A stretch of 56,702 nt of DNA, filler included, from Sphacelaria rigidula (Eukaryota): assembly GCA_964200075.2 (NCBI GenBank). It is 5 parts of 5 records of this genome, joined end to end, with 100 filler letters (N's around TTAATTAATTAA, not from the genome) between each part and the next. Parts side by side here need not be neighbours in the genome. Positions count along the whole stretch, not along the records: positions 34,083 to 45,342 come from CAXNAA020005153.1; positions 45,443 to 56,702 come from CAXNAA020005154.1; 3 more parts are not named here. One strand, written 5' to 3'. Position 1 is the stretch's first letter, and the number at the start of each line of letters is the position of its first letter. The position numbers and the translations under genes were made by a program. Shown one piece after another: positions 36,837-51,000 of the stretch. Below the pieces are notes generated by a model. It had not been told where the DNA came from. It worked only from the letters and a program-made list of their open reading frames with translations, and searched no databases.

Positions 36837-37215
36837 GCTTTTTTGGTCCTTCTTCGGCGTTTTACGCCCAGAAAAGAGAGCTAGGCGAGGTTTGACACCT
36901 TGGTATGACTTACTCTACTCAATCAGGCGGTTCCGGGACATCTTCGCGTGGCCGCAGTTTTCATTTTGGCTAAACAAGAATTTTTGTCCAGAGACGGTCG
37001 AGTCGTCAGAAAGTTGCGTGTTTTTTCTAGATTTGACCCCCTTTGACCGTTCTTGGACAAAATTTTAAGATTGACCAAAATATCAAATTCCCGCCACCGG
37101 ACAACGCGAAGATGTCCTGGAACCGCCTGATTGAGTAGAGCAAGTAATTCCAAGGTGTCAAACTCCGCGTAGCTAGGGCGTGAAACGACGCCGACGAAGA
37201 AGGTCCACAAAAGCG
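36837..37215. mobile_element. Palindromic foldback element
   Basis: Long inverted arms, e.g. gtttgacaccttgg..t.actt.ctctactcaatcaggcggttcc.ggacatcttcgcgt at ~36890-36950 and its reverse complement at ~37100-37163. Confidence 0.8.
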
Positions 37216-37799
37216 AGTTAACAAAACTTCATGTTTGTCTACTATAAATAGTAGCCCAACATTCTGCTTATTTTTTTCTTCTCGGCATCCCGAGAAATTT
37301 TTCGCGTGTTGATAAAAATGTCGTGTCAAATTTTCAGCGCCTCACTCCTCAAATTCAGCACCCCCGGACGCGATACCATTCACGAGTAATCACTGCCACC
37401 TGGCCCAGCTCGTAAAGAAAATGCGGAATGTGTCAAGTAGTACTTTGCAAAAATCAGCAAAATGTTTTGTCGAAAATTCAGGTCACGATTCGAAACACCT
37501 GGCTGCGCGTGGCGATATTTGTGGAAAATTTTCCACCAAAATCGATCGCTCTGCATACAAACTTGCCATATGAGTGAGTTCCGGCCAGAAACTTTCAAAC
37601 GACGAAGTGATGTATGGCAGGGATCGTTCATCGCCCTTTTCACATCTCCTACGGGCTTACTCAGCGGGCGTAAAAAAATTCATGGGAGAGATTCGATATA
37701 TCGTGTTTTTACGAGAAAATGAAGTCTTGCGGGAAAACAACACGAAATACCTGCCACAAAATAAGCGTAGAGTTGGGAGACGACCCGACTTCCACGACA

Positions 37800-38630
37800 T
37801 GAACTCGGCGGATTCCTGAGCCAGATGGCTGCTCGTGACCGCTTTTAAGTAGCCGAATACAATGGCATGCTTGGCCAGGGCCGAAGCTCATAAGAGTAGG
37901 GCGGCGCGTACACTGTGCAAAGTTGACGGGGGGTTTCCGTGGTTCAATCTCCACATTGCCTTGGGCAAAGTTTTCCGAAGGCTCGAGGTGCCTACCCTAC
38001 ATGACGGCCGCGTGGCGGTCTTCCCCAGGCTTCGGGTAATTGGCCAACGAATCTGTTTTCGGGGCCAGTGTTGGGTGACGTTTCCTCTTTCCTTCAAGGA
38101 GCAAAAATAAGGGACGTGCTTAGCTTGCCCTGATCCTGACCCAGTGCTGCCTACGCGAAATATGTTGACAATCTCACACCTGGTGTTTTTTTCTTGACTG
38201 GCGTAGCGTGCGTAGTTTACCTATAAACTACTGTAGCCGCAGCATTCGTCCCTCCCCTCCCTCGTTTGAGGAGTACGAGTGTAATTGTGGGTCAAAGACT
38301 CGAGGCACACGTTGTGAAGAGGTTCAAGCATCCCAGGCGCAAGCTATTGATGAAGTCACGTTGTGTCGATTCCAAAGACGTCAATACCACGCTGGACCGA
38401 AATCATTGGCCGGTACGGATATGGCCCGTAATGAGACATTGAGTGCATGCTATTGAGAGCAAGTACGCTGTCAAACACTAGAGGCACCAATGGGATCGAG
38501 TAAAACAAAGAACATGGATGGTACTTCTCGCGGATAGCTTTGACTCGTCCTGCCCCGGGGATAGCCGGGGTTATTTCAGGGCAAATCAGATCGACTTTAG
38601 GGACACCTTCCATCCACCGCGCCGAGCGCA
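37800..38630 (-). mobile_element. Possible decayed gypsy RT/RNase H fragment
   Basis: PGAGRVKAI and AALGQDQG..LIFA are weakly similar to gypsy RT-thumb and RNase H motifs. Confidence 0.28.
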
Positions 38631-39139
38631 AAAAATGATATCATTCACGTCAGTTTTTTCGTTGTTGGTGGTGAGTGTCCTGGCTAGCTGGAAATAATAC
38701 GACTGTTTATGTCCTCATGTATCTTGATTTTCACCTGGAGGAGAGTAAAATTAAGCCCGAAAAAGAAAAGAAAAAGAGGGAACCAAAGGCGAAAGAATGT
38801 CACGGAAAAAGATGGAATATGTGAGGGCAAAAAAAAAAACATAGAAAAGAAACAGCGATGTCGGGGCTCGAGCCCGCTCCTACAAGCGTGAAGATAGACA
38901 CTTGTTACGCATCATTACAAGTATGTATGGGCTACTTATTTCGGTCCTGAGTGGTATAAATTATACGACTCCTATTGTGTTGTACTGTCAAACTATACTG
39001 ACTGTATCGTAAATTGTTATTTTATTGCTGTCTGTATAATGTGCGGAAATAACAAAAATAATAAATGATGTATGCTGTTTGTAATGAGTTTGTACTGAAT
39101 TGTGCACAGACAAAATGGATAAATACGTACAGTAGAGAT

Positions 39140-39232
39140 GTTGTTGCACATCGTCTGATCCCCCAGGGATCCAGCCTTAGTCGTCATCCACATGATAGAT
39201 GGACGTATAGTACCCGAGATGAAAACAAACCG
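39140..39232 (-). repeat. Diverged copy of the RTE LINE 3' terminus
   Basis: tgatcccccagggatccagcc...cacatgatag..ggacgta..gtaccc.aga..aaaacaaac. Confidence 0.65.
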
Positions 39233-41309
39233 GGAACACTCTCTGGAAGAAAGTGAAAAAACCAGAAAGGTGGCGCAGATACGTACACTGAGGAAGTACT
39301 TAGAGATGCGCTCCTGGTGGATAGCCTCGTGTCCCTGCGCTCTATGGTAGTCAGGATGTCTTATAGGCTGCTTAGCATGAGGGCCGAGTTTTGTAGAGCT
39401 TCAGTGCGCATAGACGAGCGTCAACCCTGCTGAGAGCCAGTTCTGCACATGCGCCTATGACATAGAGGCAGAGTTCGACAAGGACAGCTTAGCCACTGGT
39501 AGAGGGGAGATACTTTGCGCTACACTCCTGTGCACATGTGGATATCAAAAGAGCAGACTGAAACATACACGCACAAACACACACAACACACACACAAGTA
39601 GAAATGTCCGGCTTCTGCAGCATGACTTCAGGTGAAAAGGATCTTGCGCAACAGCACATGCATTCATACCCGCTCGAGAAAAAACAAAATGGCGTGGGGA
39701 TGTTCCTAATCGGCCACACTATTTGGGGTACGTACATGAGCTCTCTCTCACCCATGAACCGCACGGAAGCGAGGTACCAAAATGCGACTTGCAGACGCCG
39801 GAAGGGAAACACGCACACACGCACAGGGAGAGTTTGGGAGAGAAAAAGAGGACAAAGAAGGGAGGCTACAGAAGTGAAACTCAAGGGCGTCGTACAGTCG
39901 AGCAGGTACAAACACACACACACACACACACCAGGGAGCAACGTGAAATTCTCCAGCAAGGATGAAATCAACAACCTACAGGGCAAGACAGGAGGACGTC
40001 AGTTTCCGTGTTAGCCCAGCTTCCCACATTCATCGATAGTTGGGTACAGAGCGGGCCATCATTCTATCGGCCATTTTCATCCTGGATTCCTCGCGAGCTG
40101 CTGCTGCTGTTGTGCCACCGGTGGCGGCTCTCCGATTGGCGACTCTCGACGCAGCAGCCTCTCGTTCGTGGCGGAGGTCCGGTTCGCGTTCGTCAAGCCA
40201 AGTGTTACGTCCACGCACCGAGCTTTACAGCATGGTGGGGTCAAATGTTTAACCGAAATGTTTGCTGTTCTGCAGTGCATAGTCTCTGAGGTGGTGACTC
40301 CCATCCGTCATGTGAGCGAACGATCCAGTAGATAGATCATGGGTTGCATGCAGTTGATCTCCTTGGGCTTAACAACATAAACTGTGTTGCACCATAGGCA
40401 TACATACATACATACATGCACAACCAGTAAATCACGTTCATCTGCAAAAGCGACGCTAAGGCAGGAGGAAGCAGTGGTATGAGATACAGCCTGTTGTCGT
40501 AGGTCCTCAGTGAGGGTTCAGGTAGTTAGAGGCTTGGGAAACGAACTATTAATATGGCGGAAGCACCCTCTACACCGACAAAACACACACATGAAATAAA
40601 TGAACCCGCGCAGGTCCTGCTCCAAAACAATCTCCATCGCTGAGCTTCATGCCTTCCTCCGAAACTGTCTTGTCATCATCGGAGAGACACCTCGCCTCCA
40701 AGTACGTTGTAATCGTAAAGGTCTTGTGAATCAAGATAGTTGATACACAAAATATAAACACACACGCACACGCACACGCACACTTTCTGGCTTTCACCAG
40801 CGCCCCCTTTTTTTCATCCTTTTCTCGTTCGTGAAGCCATCATCCAGAAATAGAATTTGGTGGACTCTCGGGTACACCGCAATTCGCTCATCATGTTTTT
40901 TTTCGATATTTCATGCTCATGTTATTTTTGTGTAGATTGATGTCATATACCGAGCAATAATTTGATATACACCATAGGATAACCGTCGCTTGCCTCCGGG
41001 CAGCAGTATCCATACCCGATCTTCACTATGTCGTGATACTGCACAGCAGCGACATAAACACACGAGTAGACAAAGCGAGATGTGTCAACTGTGTGTTGCT
41101 GAAATAAAATACTCCGACAAGGTAGTTTTCTGTGATACAATCTGAATTAGCTGACATTCAGTTTTTGCAATACTTCTGGCATCGGCGGCACAGTACAATA
41201 TGAACTCTCGCCGCTTGAATCGCTACTTGCTGCCTCTGCAAACATGTTCGCCCCTTGTCCCGGCCCCTGCGCGGCACCATGTCGCTTAACCCTCAGACCG
41301 CGAATATTG

Positions 41310-41620
41310 GGTATCAAGTATCAACCCGGGTATTACCCCTACCCAATATTCCTGTGAGTTCTGTAGAACCTCTCACACTGGTATCGACAGTTCGGTAACT
41401 TCTGTACGAAGTGTTCACCTTTTCCCGGGGTATATGTATACCCTTGTAGAAATACCCGGTTGTGGATAAGGGTTTCTGTACAACCTCCATGCCGTACCTG
41501 ATCTGCAAGTTCCGTAAGGCTTGCATACCGGTACCCGAGAGTTCTGTGAGTTCTGCCAAAAACTCTCATTCCCTGTCGAACATACCCGTACCCTACAGGA
41601 AACAACCTCGGGGACGTTCA
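41310..41620 (+). repeat. Satellite-like dispersed element (gagttctgt/cataccc.taccc units), copy 1
   Basis: Repeated ttctgtgagttctg and ataccc.taccc motifs shared with 52369-52760 and 53080-53552. Confidence 0.75.
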
Positions 41621-41910
41621 ACACGGCTGGGGTTTTGATAACGATACCTTTGTTTCGGGATGTCGACGGACCCGCAAGAGACCCACTCGGCAGCGTTTTG
41701 TGCGGCAGTATGAACCGGGAGGCGATGCTGCCTCAACAAACGTTAGGGTACACGAGTTACAGACAGTACGTTTGGGAACCTACAGTCCGCCCATGCAGCC
41801 TGTGCAGCCGGAAGGCGGGTGTAGTTTGTTGTCATGCTGGCTCCGACGCTGGTTGCCACGGCTTCTGGATGTACCAGATGGATTTCAGCTAAACTGAATA
41901 TTCTGTTCTT

Positions 41911-42100
41911 GATTTGGTTGATTGATTGTCAGACTTCAACTGACCCCGCCAGGGGGCAGGGATCCAGCCGTGGTCATATGATGGACGTACCCAAGAAAAA
42001 ACAAAACTGACGAAAAATCGCTCAAGAAAAAAAGGAACAGGAAAAGTCCAACATAACGACATACTAGACTAAGAAGTCAGAAAAAAAGAAAAAAAGAAGT
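41911..42100 (-). repeat. Copy of the RTE LINE 3' UTR and tail
   Basis: gattgattgtc...aactgacccc...gggatccagccgtggtcatatgatggacgtacccaagaaaaaacaaaact matches 3715-3860. Confidence 0.8.
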
Positions 42101-45100
42101 AATGTGTGTGTACTCGTGCGGCTGGTCAAGGGCTAGGCTGGGGGCTATCTTAGTGCATACGCGTGAACTGTTCGTGTGGGTCGTTACGCGGCGCAGGCAT
42201 AGTACAGGACCAAACTGCCACGTCTTTGTATATGTTTCTTTTTGTTTTCGCAACCCAAACAAGCAGCACCTCTGTACATGCCACCTGTTCCGCCCTGTGG
42301 TAAAAGTATGCACGGCCTCCTCCGTTACTCTGATGTCCCATCAATCGACACACGGCTACGGCACAAATCATGTTGGTGTCGTGGATCTAAACCGTACGGC
42401 ATACGTAACCGAAGAATTTTCGTGCGGTCGGGACTTGAAACATATACTCTAGTGTATGCATGGTATTTGCGTTCAGCCCTTTCGTGTGGCTTTTTATGCA
42501 CATGTCTCTCCTCCGATTTTGTTCCAGTCATTTTTCGCGCCGCCCCTTTGTTACCATGCATTTGTTCTTCGAGTCTGCTCATTGAGATTAAATAAAAAAC
42601 ACCACATTCCGCTGGGGAGATCAACTTCTGACAATAACGCGACGAGATTTGTCTAAAATAACACTACGACAAACGACCTCGCCTCTTGTGTCGGGTGAAC
42701 TTCCAAGCTCACAGTCCAGAGGGTGGCCACAGAGGGACACATTCAAAGGAGCGGGGATATTGGAATGATGTACTTGTTGGCGGGTCGGTGAGGCGACGAT
42801 GTGTATTTGACAACGTGCCAGGGCGCTGTCGTGAGTTTGTTCAATGTGCGCATAGCTTACCAACGCCTCGTGTACGCATCGACAGCCGCCACAACAGAAG
42901 ATGAGACCTTGCAATATCCGTCTCGAGATACCCCCTAGTCACCCGTGATTGAAGTACAGGCTCTCCCTCTCAGCCATCTCCGTTGAGAACTTGAAAAACA
43001 TAGATACCCCCCTTCGGAAGCTCACGCGCTTCACCTCCTCCCCCTCCCCCCTTTCCGCCCCGGGCGCGCCCGGATAATGTATGCAGGTACACGACCGACC
43101 GAGGAATCTATCTGTCCGAACTGTCACAGAAGCTGACCGAGCTCAAGCCGAATGCTAGGGTAATCACGATAGACAAGCGCCTGGATGGTCCTTTCAACCT
43201 GATCTCGTGAGTGGTTTAGTGCCTATCTTGCCCTGTTTGTGTGTGTGTGTGTTTTCCGTTCTCTTTTCTTTGCTACCCGAAGTTTGATGTTGAATTTGGC
43301 GTTTCGACATTCACCCATCTCGTGGGTGTCTTTCATTGTCTTGTAGCTATGTGGAGCCCTGTAACAAGGGACCTGGATCCTAGGCGTTATCCCCGTTACA
43401 GGAGGGGTCTCCTGTATCGCAAATCCATTTTTTGTCATGCTCATCTGGTTGTGTGCGGGTGCTACTCCTTGGCCGAGCATTCGGCCCCTGTGCATAAAGT
43501 GATGGCCCTTTATTTTGGTGGTTGGCCATTATGATACATACGGTACTTTCTCCACATCCACATGCTGTACCAACTTAGCCTCAGGTTTTGAGCTTTGGAA
43601 TGGAAGTTTTCGACATGTTCCATCCTGAAAGCGTGTGATATTGTGTTTGCTTGCCACCCCACCAACGCTGACTCAGGTTTTCTTCGGCCTTTTGCAGTTT
43701 TTTTATTCGACGCACATCCGACTGCATATGTGTGCACGATATTCAATTCATCCTTCTGGCTTATCATCTCGTGTTGCCAAAGCACGTCCTGACTGGACCC
43801 TTTTGCCCGCCCTTCGTCCCACCCCCTCCCCCATCCCCTGTTCAATTTCTGTGCCTCGCTGCGCTCATGCACGCCCATCTCTCTCTGTCGGTCTGGGCTG
43901 CCCATCGGCTGGTTTCGGGGGAACGCCTGTCCGTCTGCCTGCCTGTCTCTCTGTCTGTGACCGACTGTGTGCTCATCTGCTGTAGCACCGTGAGGGACCC
44001 CAACGGAGACTTGCAAACATCTACCGGATTTTTATGGCAACGCCAATGAAACTAGAGTTGTCATGAAGTTAGTTGGCATAGTTTTTTTGCGGGTACCATG
44101 AAAGAGCACGGAGGGCGAGCGGGGACGGGGGGTAGCGTTGAGCAGGATAGATATGATGCTGTATTCGTGTCGAGCTTGAAAATTGGGGGTACGGTAGTCG
44201 ACGTTTGAGTACTAGACTCACTGAATCATTTTTGTTTTTTTTGTAGACTGCTTGTCACTCTCACTCAAAAGTTCTGTAACAACCTGTAGGTCTTGAAAGA
44301 AAATCAGATGGTTGACAGGAAACGTCCCCAATTCTTTGTTTGTAAACCGTATTTTGTTCAAACTTACGGTTTTTGGATGTAGCGCGATGAACAGCAAGGA
44401 ATTGAAGAAACGGAATCATGCGATTGTTCATCATTCAGATGCGGGACTGCTTAGATCGAGTGAAAGTATCGAAGAGACAGGTCGGGGCTGTATCCTCATA
44501 GAATTTCCGACGACCGGCCAGCCCAGGTCGTGAGTCGTTCAAAATTAATCAGAAATATGAATCCCTTCCGGAATTTGTGTCGTGTACTAGTGTTTCTCCA
44601 TCCCCCATTTTTGGAGTCGCACGTTCACGATGATGAATCTTGGCAACCACAATTTGTTTCCTTGGATGTTGATTTTCGAACATGGTTATTATTATTTTCA
44701 TTATTATTTCCGCACATTAGTCCGATCTCGCGAACCCGTGGTCACAGACGTGGGCTCGCCTTTTCAATACCATTTCCTGCTATTCCTTACGAGACACACT
44801 ACCCAAAACAAGATAAGAAGAGAGACGCCACGAAAATTGGTGAGAATAGCTCCCCCGAATTCAACGGGGAGAGAAAAGAAGGAAAGAAAAACAAATCAAC
44901 ACACAAACATGGTCGTAAGTGTCAACAGCTATGTCACTACTGTGCCGAAAGGTGTAGGCTGGCATCTAAAACAGAGAGGATTACAACACAATACACACAT
45001 ACATTTACATCTATGTACAAACTTACAAGATGACTTTCCGCTACAACAACAATAGTCGAACGACGGCGAATCGCGGAATGAGACCTTTCAACACTTTTCT

Positions 45101-45342
45101 TCTCACTTCGCGAGGCACATGCTCGTAATTTTCGGGCAAACCCTTGGGGTGAAAAATGAAAAGATGCATCAAAAGTTGCCATGTGTATACATTTCCATGC
45201 AGTGTTTAGAGCAACCCTTACCCGCGTCCACAAAGCCACTGCTACAAAATCATACCAGGCGAACGCATGCAACAACGTTTTCACACGTCGGACAGATCAG
45301 TTTCTATGCGATCCAGCTCCTACAGGTGAAGTATGAACACAC

Positions 45343-45442
45343 NNNNNNNNNNNNNNNNNNNNNNNNNNNNNNNNNNNNNNNNNNNNTTAATTAATTAANN
45401 NNNNNNNNNNNNNNNNNNNNNNNNNNNNNNNNNNNNNNNNNN
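45343..45442. other. Artificial contig spacer
   Basis: Identical 100-bp linker. Confidence 0.97.
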
Positions 45443-46889
45443 ATGCGTGGTCAATGGTCAAATGACTAAGGCAAGCAACAAATGAGTACGCCCCCCCCCC
45501 CTGGAATCGCTAAATGTCAAATTGAGTCAACTTGGTGCCCGCTTGCCTCTTCATGGGGTCCCTTCACGCCTAATAATACAGCATCGTATTTGAAAAACCA
45601 TAACTTATACAATATGCCGTCCTCGGGCGATGCGTTAACTTTAAGTTGCTTGGATCCGAAACATCGTTATCTGCTAGTGTTACTTAGGGGCGGTAGACGG
45701 TAAACAAACTACCACCTGTGATGGGGTGGGAATCTCTGCGCAAACAATTTTCTGATAATGTCATATCCCGCGCAGGCGGGGGGGGGGGGGGAAGAGTAAA
45801 TGAGAAGATGAGAGCGTGCAAAGCGATTTGGACCTCGGAATCACGCTAGGCGGGCAAGCGGGGGGTGCGATATATATCATTTTGGGGTGATGGAATACCT
45901 CGCGATTTGGGATAGTATCAAGCCCCCTCGACGGGCGGTTGAGGAGGGCGATAAAAAGGCAGGAGCGATATTGTGCTTCGCTACATCACCTAGGGTAGGT
46001 TATATCACCCAGTGAAATGAAATTTTCAACCTCGACCCTCTCTGGCAATCAACGAGGCCCTCCTATACGAACGCCAAAAACTGATATCTATTGCTTCTCT
46101 CTGCTTTGCGCTGAAGGTGATTTCAACGTTCTTGGGCATACGTGGCTCCTCCAACTACCTATATATGCAAGGGATGAGTTGTAGCTTTATTTTTTTTCTG
46201 TCCTGTGCTAAATGTGGTGCCGGAGGGCTTCGGAATCTGCGACTCCTGCACCGAGCTGTAAGTGCAGGGGAAACCCCACTTTCGTTCATCGTTAATTGTT
46301 TTCACGTGGGTCCCTCGCAGATCAGCTACTGTGTGACACTCAATCGAAATCGCTCCCACAGTCGGTGCAGAGACAAGCAGCCAGCTACAGCTCCCAGCAG
46401 CTCGTTGGCAGATGCGCTCACTTGCGAGCATAATAGCACCACTTTTAGTCTGGAGCAATAGCAAGCAACACCTCGTCCCTCACATCACTCGCGACCAAAC
46501 TGTTCACAGGCAGTTATGACGGTCAACCATAGAAGTACGGCATCAAGATATGCGCCAGTGTAAACCATGCGATACGTACGTCTACACGCATCTTACGACC
46601 GCGGGTAAGAAGTGAAAATTTCAAGGTTATGCATTGTAGGATAAACCCTGAAGTCGGCGATTTTCTGGCCTGCGCACTAAACCTTGCCGAAATTTGTATC
46701 AAACATTCCTGTGAAGTCTGGCAGGGTGTCGAGCCCCATTCCGAACACTTTGTCATGGTGCGGAAGGATATTTGCTGCCTAAATACCTCTTTTATTCGGC
46801 TGTAAATACCCGAATTTCAGTCGGCATACCGTACAGAACATAACCTTGGGAAATTTGAGATAAGTACCCAAGCCCTGCCAGCACCGCAG

Positions 46890-48020
46890 CACTGTTGTCG
46901 TCGGTAATGACGCGAAGAGTGGTAGTAGCTTGAGTACCATCCCCCAACACCTCCACACAACAGCAGACCAGCACGATGACTTGGCTCTACTTAAACGCTG
47001 GCTAAAGCACGCTTTGGTCCCTGTCCTGACACCCGCAGTCCTCTATTCCCCCAAAGCCCCCGAATCCTTTGTTACTGCGTGCACGTGAACCTCAAAGTCC
47101 TTCGAAATATCGGGGGACCGTAGTGCTGGAGCAGACGCCACGGGCTGTCTAAGTTCTGCGAACGCTTTGTCCTGTTCTGACCCCCAGTTTTTCTTCAACT
47201 CCTTGTCATAAAACTATTTCCTCTTGCGTGAAAAGTACGAGTGGCTCGATCACTGTCGCGGGGTACGGGGTGAATTTGCACAGAGCGTCGTGCTTTACGC
47301 CAGGTGCGGGAACAGCCACAGATATACCGAGCTATTTCAGCAACATTACTACTGTATATCGCGAACATACCATGCATTGTTGAGCACGTTCGTTCTGATA
47401 TTGCATTATTCTGCGGTTGACACAGTGCCGTTTTGATGATCTTAGATCGGAATCACCTCTGCAGCTGGCGACGGATCTGATATTTTTATTATCTTCCGTT
47501 GCGCGAATACAACACCTCTGGGGGGTCGATAACACCGACAACCCTCTCGCGCATTGGCGCTGCTACGATCTACGCCGTTTTCGCCTGGCACTGCTGTAGC
47601 TGACAACCCAAACCAACTAAGGCGGCCGACTACTGCGAGCACTAAACTACATCATGCCCCAGTCGGAGAGAGGTAAAGAGACTTGGACACTTTTGAATGG
47701 TTTGATACTCGCTCAACTGGTAGTTTTGCTGGCGCGTGTCCTACTGGCTGATATTGCGCGATTGTGTGCCACTTCACTTCTTTGACCCGCTTGGGATTCT
47801 TGGCACCGCCCTTTTACATCATAGCGATGAAGTATGCCCCCCCCAACATCGCTCCCGACGTCACAAGAAGGCTTACATGGCAAATGTCCTCCCGAAAGAA
47901 CATGGTCGCGGAAAGCATATAGCATCACCCCCGCCAAAGCCTGTGGCACTAGCAGTTGGTCGCGGGAATCACTGTGTATTCGCAAATGCCCGGGTGAGTA
48001 CAGTCTGAACAGCAACTGAC
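46890..48020 (-). mobile_element. Decayed Ty3/gypsy pol: integrase Zn-finger and core, followed by RT tail/RNase H
   Basis: RDQLLVPQAL...DHVLSGGHL (H2C2 region); RVVGVIDPPEVLYS and QPQNNAISERTCSTMHGMFAIYS (rve core); WGSEQDKAFAELRQPVASAPAL...KDFEVH (RT connection/RNase H). Many stops and frameshifts. Confidence 0.8.
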
Positions 48021-51000
48021 CTTGTTCGACGTAATACGACCTTCTTGGTGGTACCGTGTCGTGCTTAGATAGTGATATATCGGAGTCCTTCAGGTATTGA
48101 GATACGGTTCAAATTCACGAACTTGCGCTTGCCGTAGATTTTCCGGGAATTTTGTCGTCAACAATAGACCGGCCGTACTAGCAGTCGCCCATCAATGCCG
48201 TCGCAAGATGAGGTAACCGAAAACAACAAAACTTGCTTACAAGTACAGGAAGTGTTGCAAATAGCGTTCGATGACTCTAGATTCGACATGAACCACCGTT
48301 CACAACAATTAAATATACGAAAGTCTTGAACCCTTTGGGAACTCTCCCCTTCCGTCCCCGGGCCAGACGCCTCAATCTATTAAGCCCTGGCAAAGAAAAG
48401 ATATGGGAACAGGAAGACCGAGGGCAACAATTTGTACGGCGGAAAGCCACAGGAGAATTCACCAGCATACGTCATGCGCGCACCAAAACTGTCACCCCGG
48501 TGCGGTCGGATTAGTTTATGCCCAATGAGGGGACGCAACGGGTCAAGTGTGTTCAACTTGTGCACACCACCAAAATGAACATTTGCGTGCCTGGACTCTA
48601 GATGAATAAAAATCGGTATCACCTGTCTATTATCTTTTTACTGAGTCCCGCGTTGTACTTGGGCACAACTTTTATACGGGTCGGAAAAACACGCCTCGGG
48701 CGAATAGTTTTGCGTGAAAGCTGTCGAAACTCAACCATATGTCGTGCAAAAAACTGCAGCTCGAAATCCACATTTTTCCATCGCCAGTGCCGGAACCGTT
48801 AATGTCCTACTGTCGACGATAAATTTGAATTCTATGCTCCCACGAAAGACTGCCTACCGCGGGCGCTGTGTCGGTGCTCTAGCAACACTCCCAACGGGGT
48901 CTGGGGTCGTGAATGTAGCGTGGAGCACAGGCAGGTTGATAACCCCGGAGATAGCAATCTCCCGTGCGGGACCATACAGCTAGCAAGTTGCTGGTTGTGG
49001 AGACATGACCTTCTCATGGATGTCGCCCCGAGGACCGGAAACACGGAACCACAGAAATGCCAGGAACATGTTATCCACAAAACCCGTCAAATATCTACGG
49101 GTGAAACGCACTTGGTTTTATCGCGGACCCTGTAGATCGGATCCTTGGGAAATCGGTAGCTCCTAAGTACTCGCCAGCGCTGCACGTGTTTTTCCTCAAG
49201 TCGACGCCGTTTAAGATCAGGGGTACACTCCTTGGCGTGATCGGGTGTATGTTGGCATCCTCTGGTATCCACAGAGTTCTGTCGTTGCACCCCCTGGGTG
49301 CCTACGGCTGATCATGGGCTACCCCGGTTGCCCACGGATGCCCATGAACTCTAGAATCAACTATTAACAGACGTAGGTGTCCGTGTGTTGTAACCCATGA
49401 TACCCTGCAGCGTTGTCCATGTTCAAGTGCGTACAGTAGGTACTCATCGGCTTCAATGGGTGCCAATCAGTGTCCATGGGCACTCATGAGCAACCTATGG
49501 GTAGCAATAGGTTACGCCAAGGATTGTAAATGCTCCTAATACAACATCTTTTCCCACAAATGCGGGTGTGGTGCGGTGTGTGTAGTTGAGGGGTGCCTGG
49601 AGCTGGAACCTCGCAAGAACTTCCAAAGGTCAAGCGTCGATGTTAAAAACAGAGTACGGTAGGCTCGAGTTTTACCGGCCAGAAAATAGATGATATGTCA
49701 ATCTGGCAGCAAATAGAAGGGCCTTGTCATGCCAGCTAATTGTGAGCGAAAAAGCGTGTAACTTCATTGCCATCGTGACATGTTTTTTCAGGTAATCCAA
49801 AATCGTTTTTGCTTCGTGCGACGATTCATCTTGTCTTGTCAACGACCAGCACGCTCAATACAAGACCGCTGCACACAAATGGCATTCACACAGGCAACGC
49901 GTCCATCTTGCAGTCACGCCTGGCATCGTAGCGGGTTAGTGATGGGTTCAAGTGGGGAAATCAATCCACTCGTCAGCCAATTCAATGAATCACTCACAAC
50001 TCCATGAGATGTGGGTGACCGTGGGTGTCCGGGGTCGGGACCCGCAACCGCTCGCGGCTACGGCGTTTATGGGCCGGCGTCGTGGGGAGGGGAGTAAAAC
50101 ACCTGGTATAGGCCATTCGTGAAGTATTCGAGCGCCGCTTGTGACTCCTTGCTATACTGCTTGCGACCAATATTGCGTCAGTTCTTGTTATGGTATTTTG
50201 AGGAAGAGGCCTCGAGGAGTATTAGTGGTTCTACCGGACGGATGTGAACGTAAGATATGTCCGGATAGTCACGGATTTAGGATGCACCTCGTGGTTGATT
50301 TCGTCTACGCACCGTGCACGAGTCGTATTTGAGATGTGGATATTTAATTTTCAACGTCGCGCAGAGCATCAACCGATGCTCAGCAGGTTGCAAGAGGCGA
50401 ATCTACCGGTCAGGGGTTACACCGAACTTTCATAGTGTTCCTTGTTTGAGCATATTTCCAGGCACATTTTGGTGCCATTTCCGGTCCTAGCTGTGGCAGA
50501 TGACAATACGTGTAAGACGTGTCTTTCTGAAATGGCTTGAGGTTACCACTCTCCCGTACTCACTCTGGTTTTGGACCTAAGAAACGACTTTTGAACAACA
50601 CTCTCTTGCTCCTATGGGCTAGCCGCGTCCCTACTAGTGAGCCACCGCATGGGGTAGAGGGCTACTTGTTTGTATTTTGCACTGTAATACTTGATTTCTC
50701 CCACTGCCTGAGATCATCTTGGGCCTTGGATGCATGCATAGTGAGGCAAGCCTAGGAGAAAGCACAACATGGCTCAAGCCTCTGCTTTTGTTTGTGACCA
50801 GGAAATCATATTTCGAGGTACTTGCGAGCAGTATTTTAGGGGAGAAGCCTATCTTTCATAATATCAATTCTATCGCATGATGGGGCTTCTGCTGGTGCAC
50901 AAGCACGCTTAGGCTGTGTTGACTTTCTTGCGCTGGTGTGTGAATGTTTTTCCTTTAGAGTACGAAGATGCTTTACATTTTTGCTCGGTTCTATTCCGCA

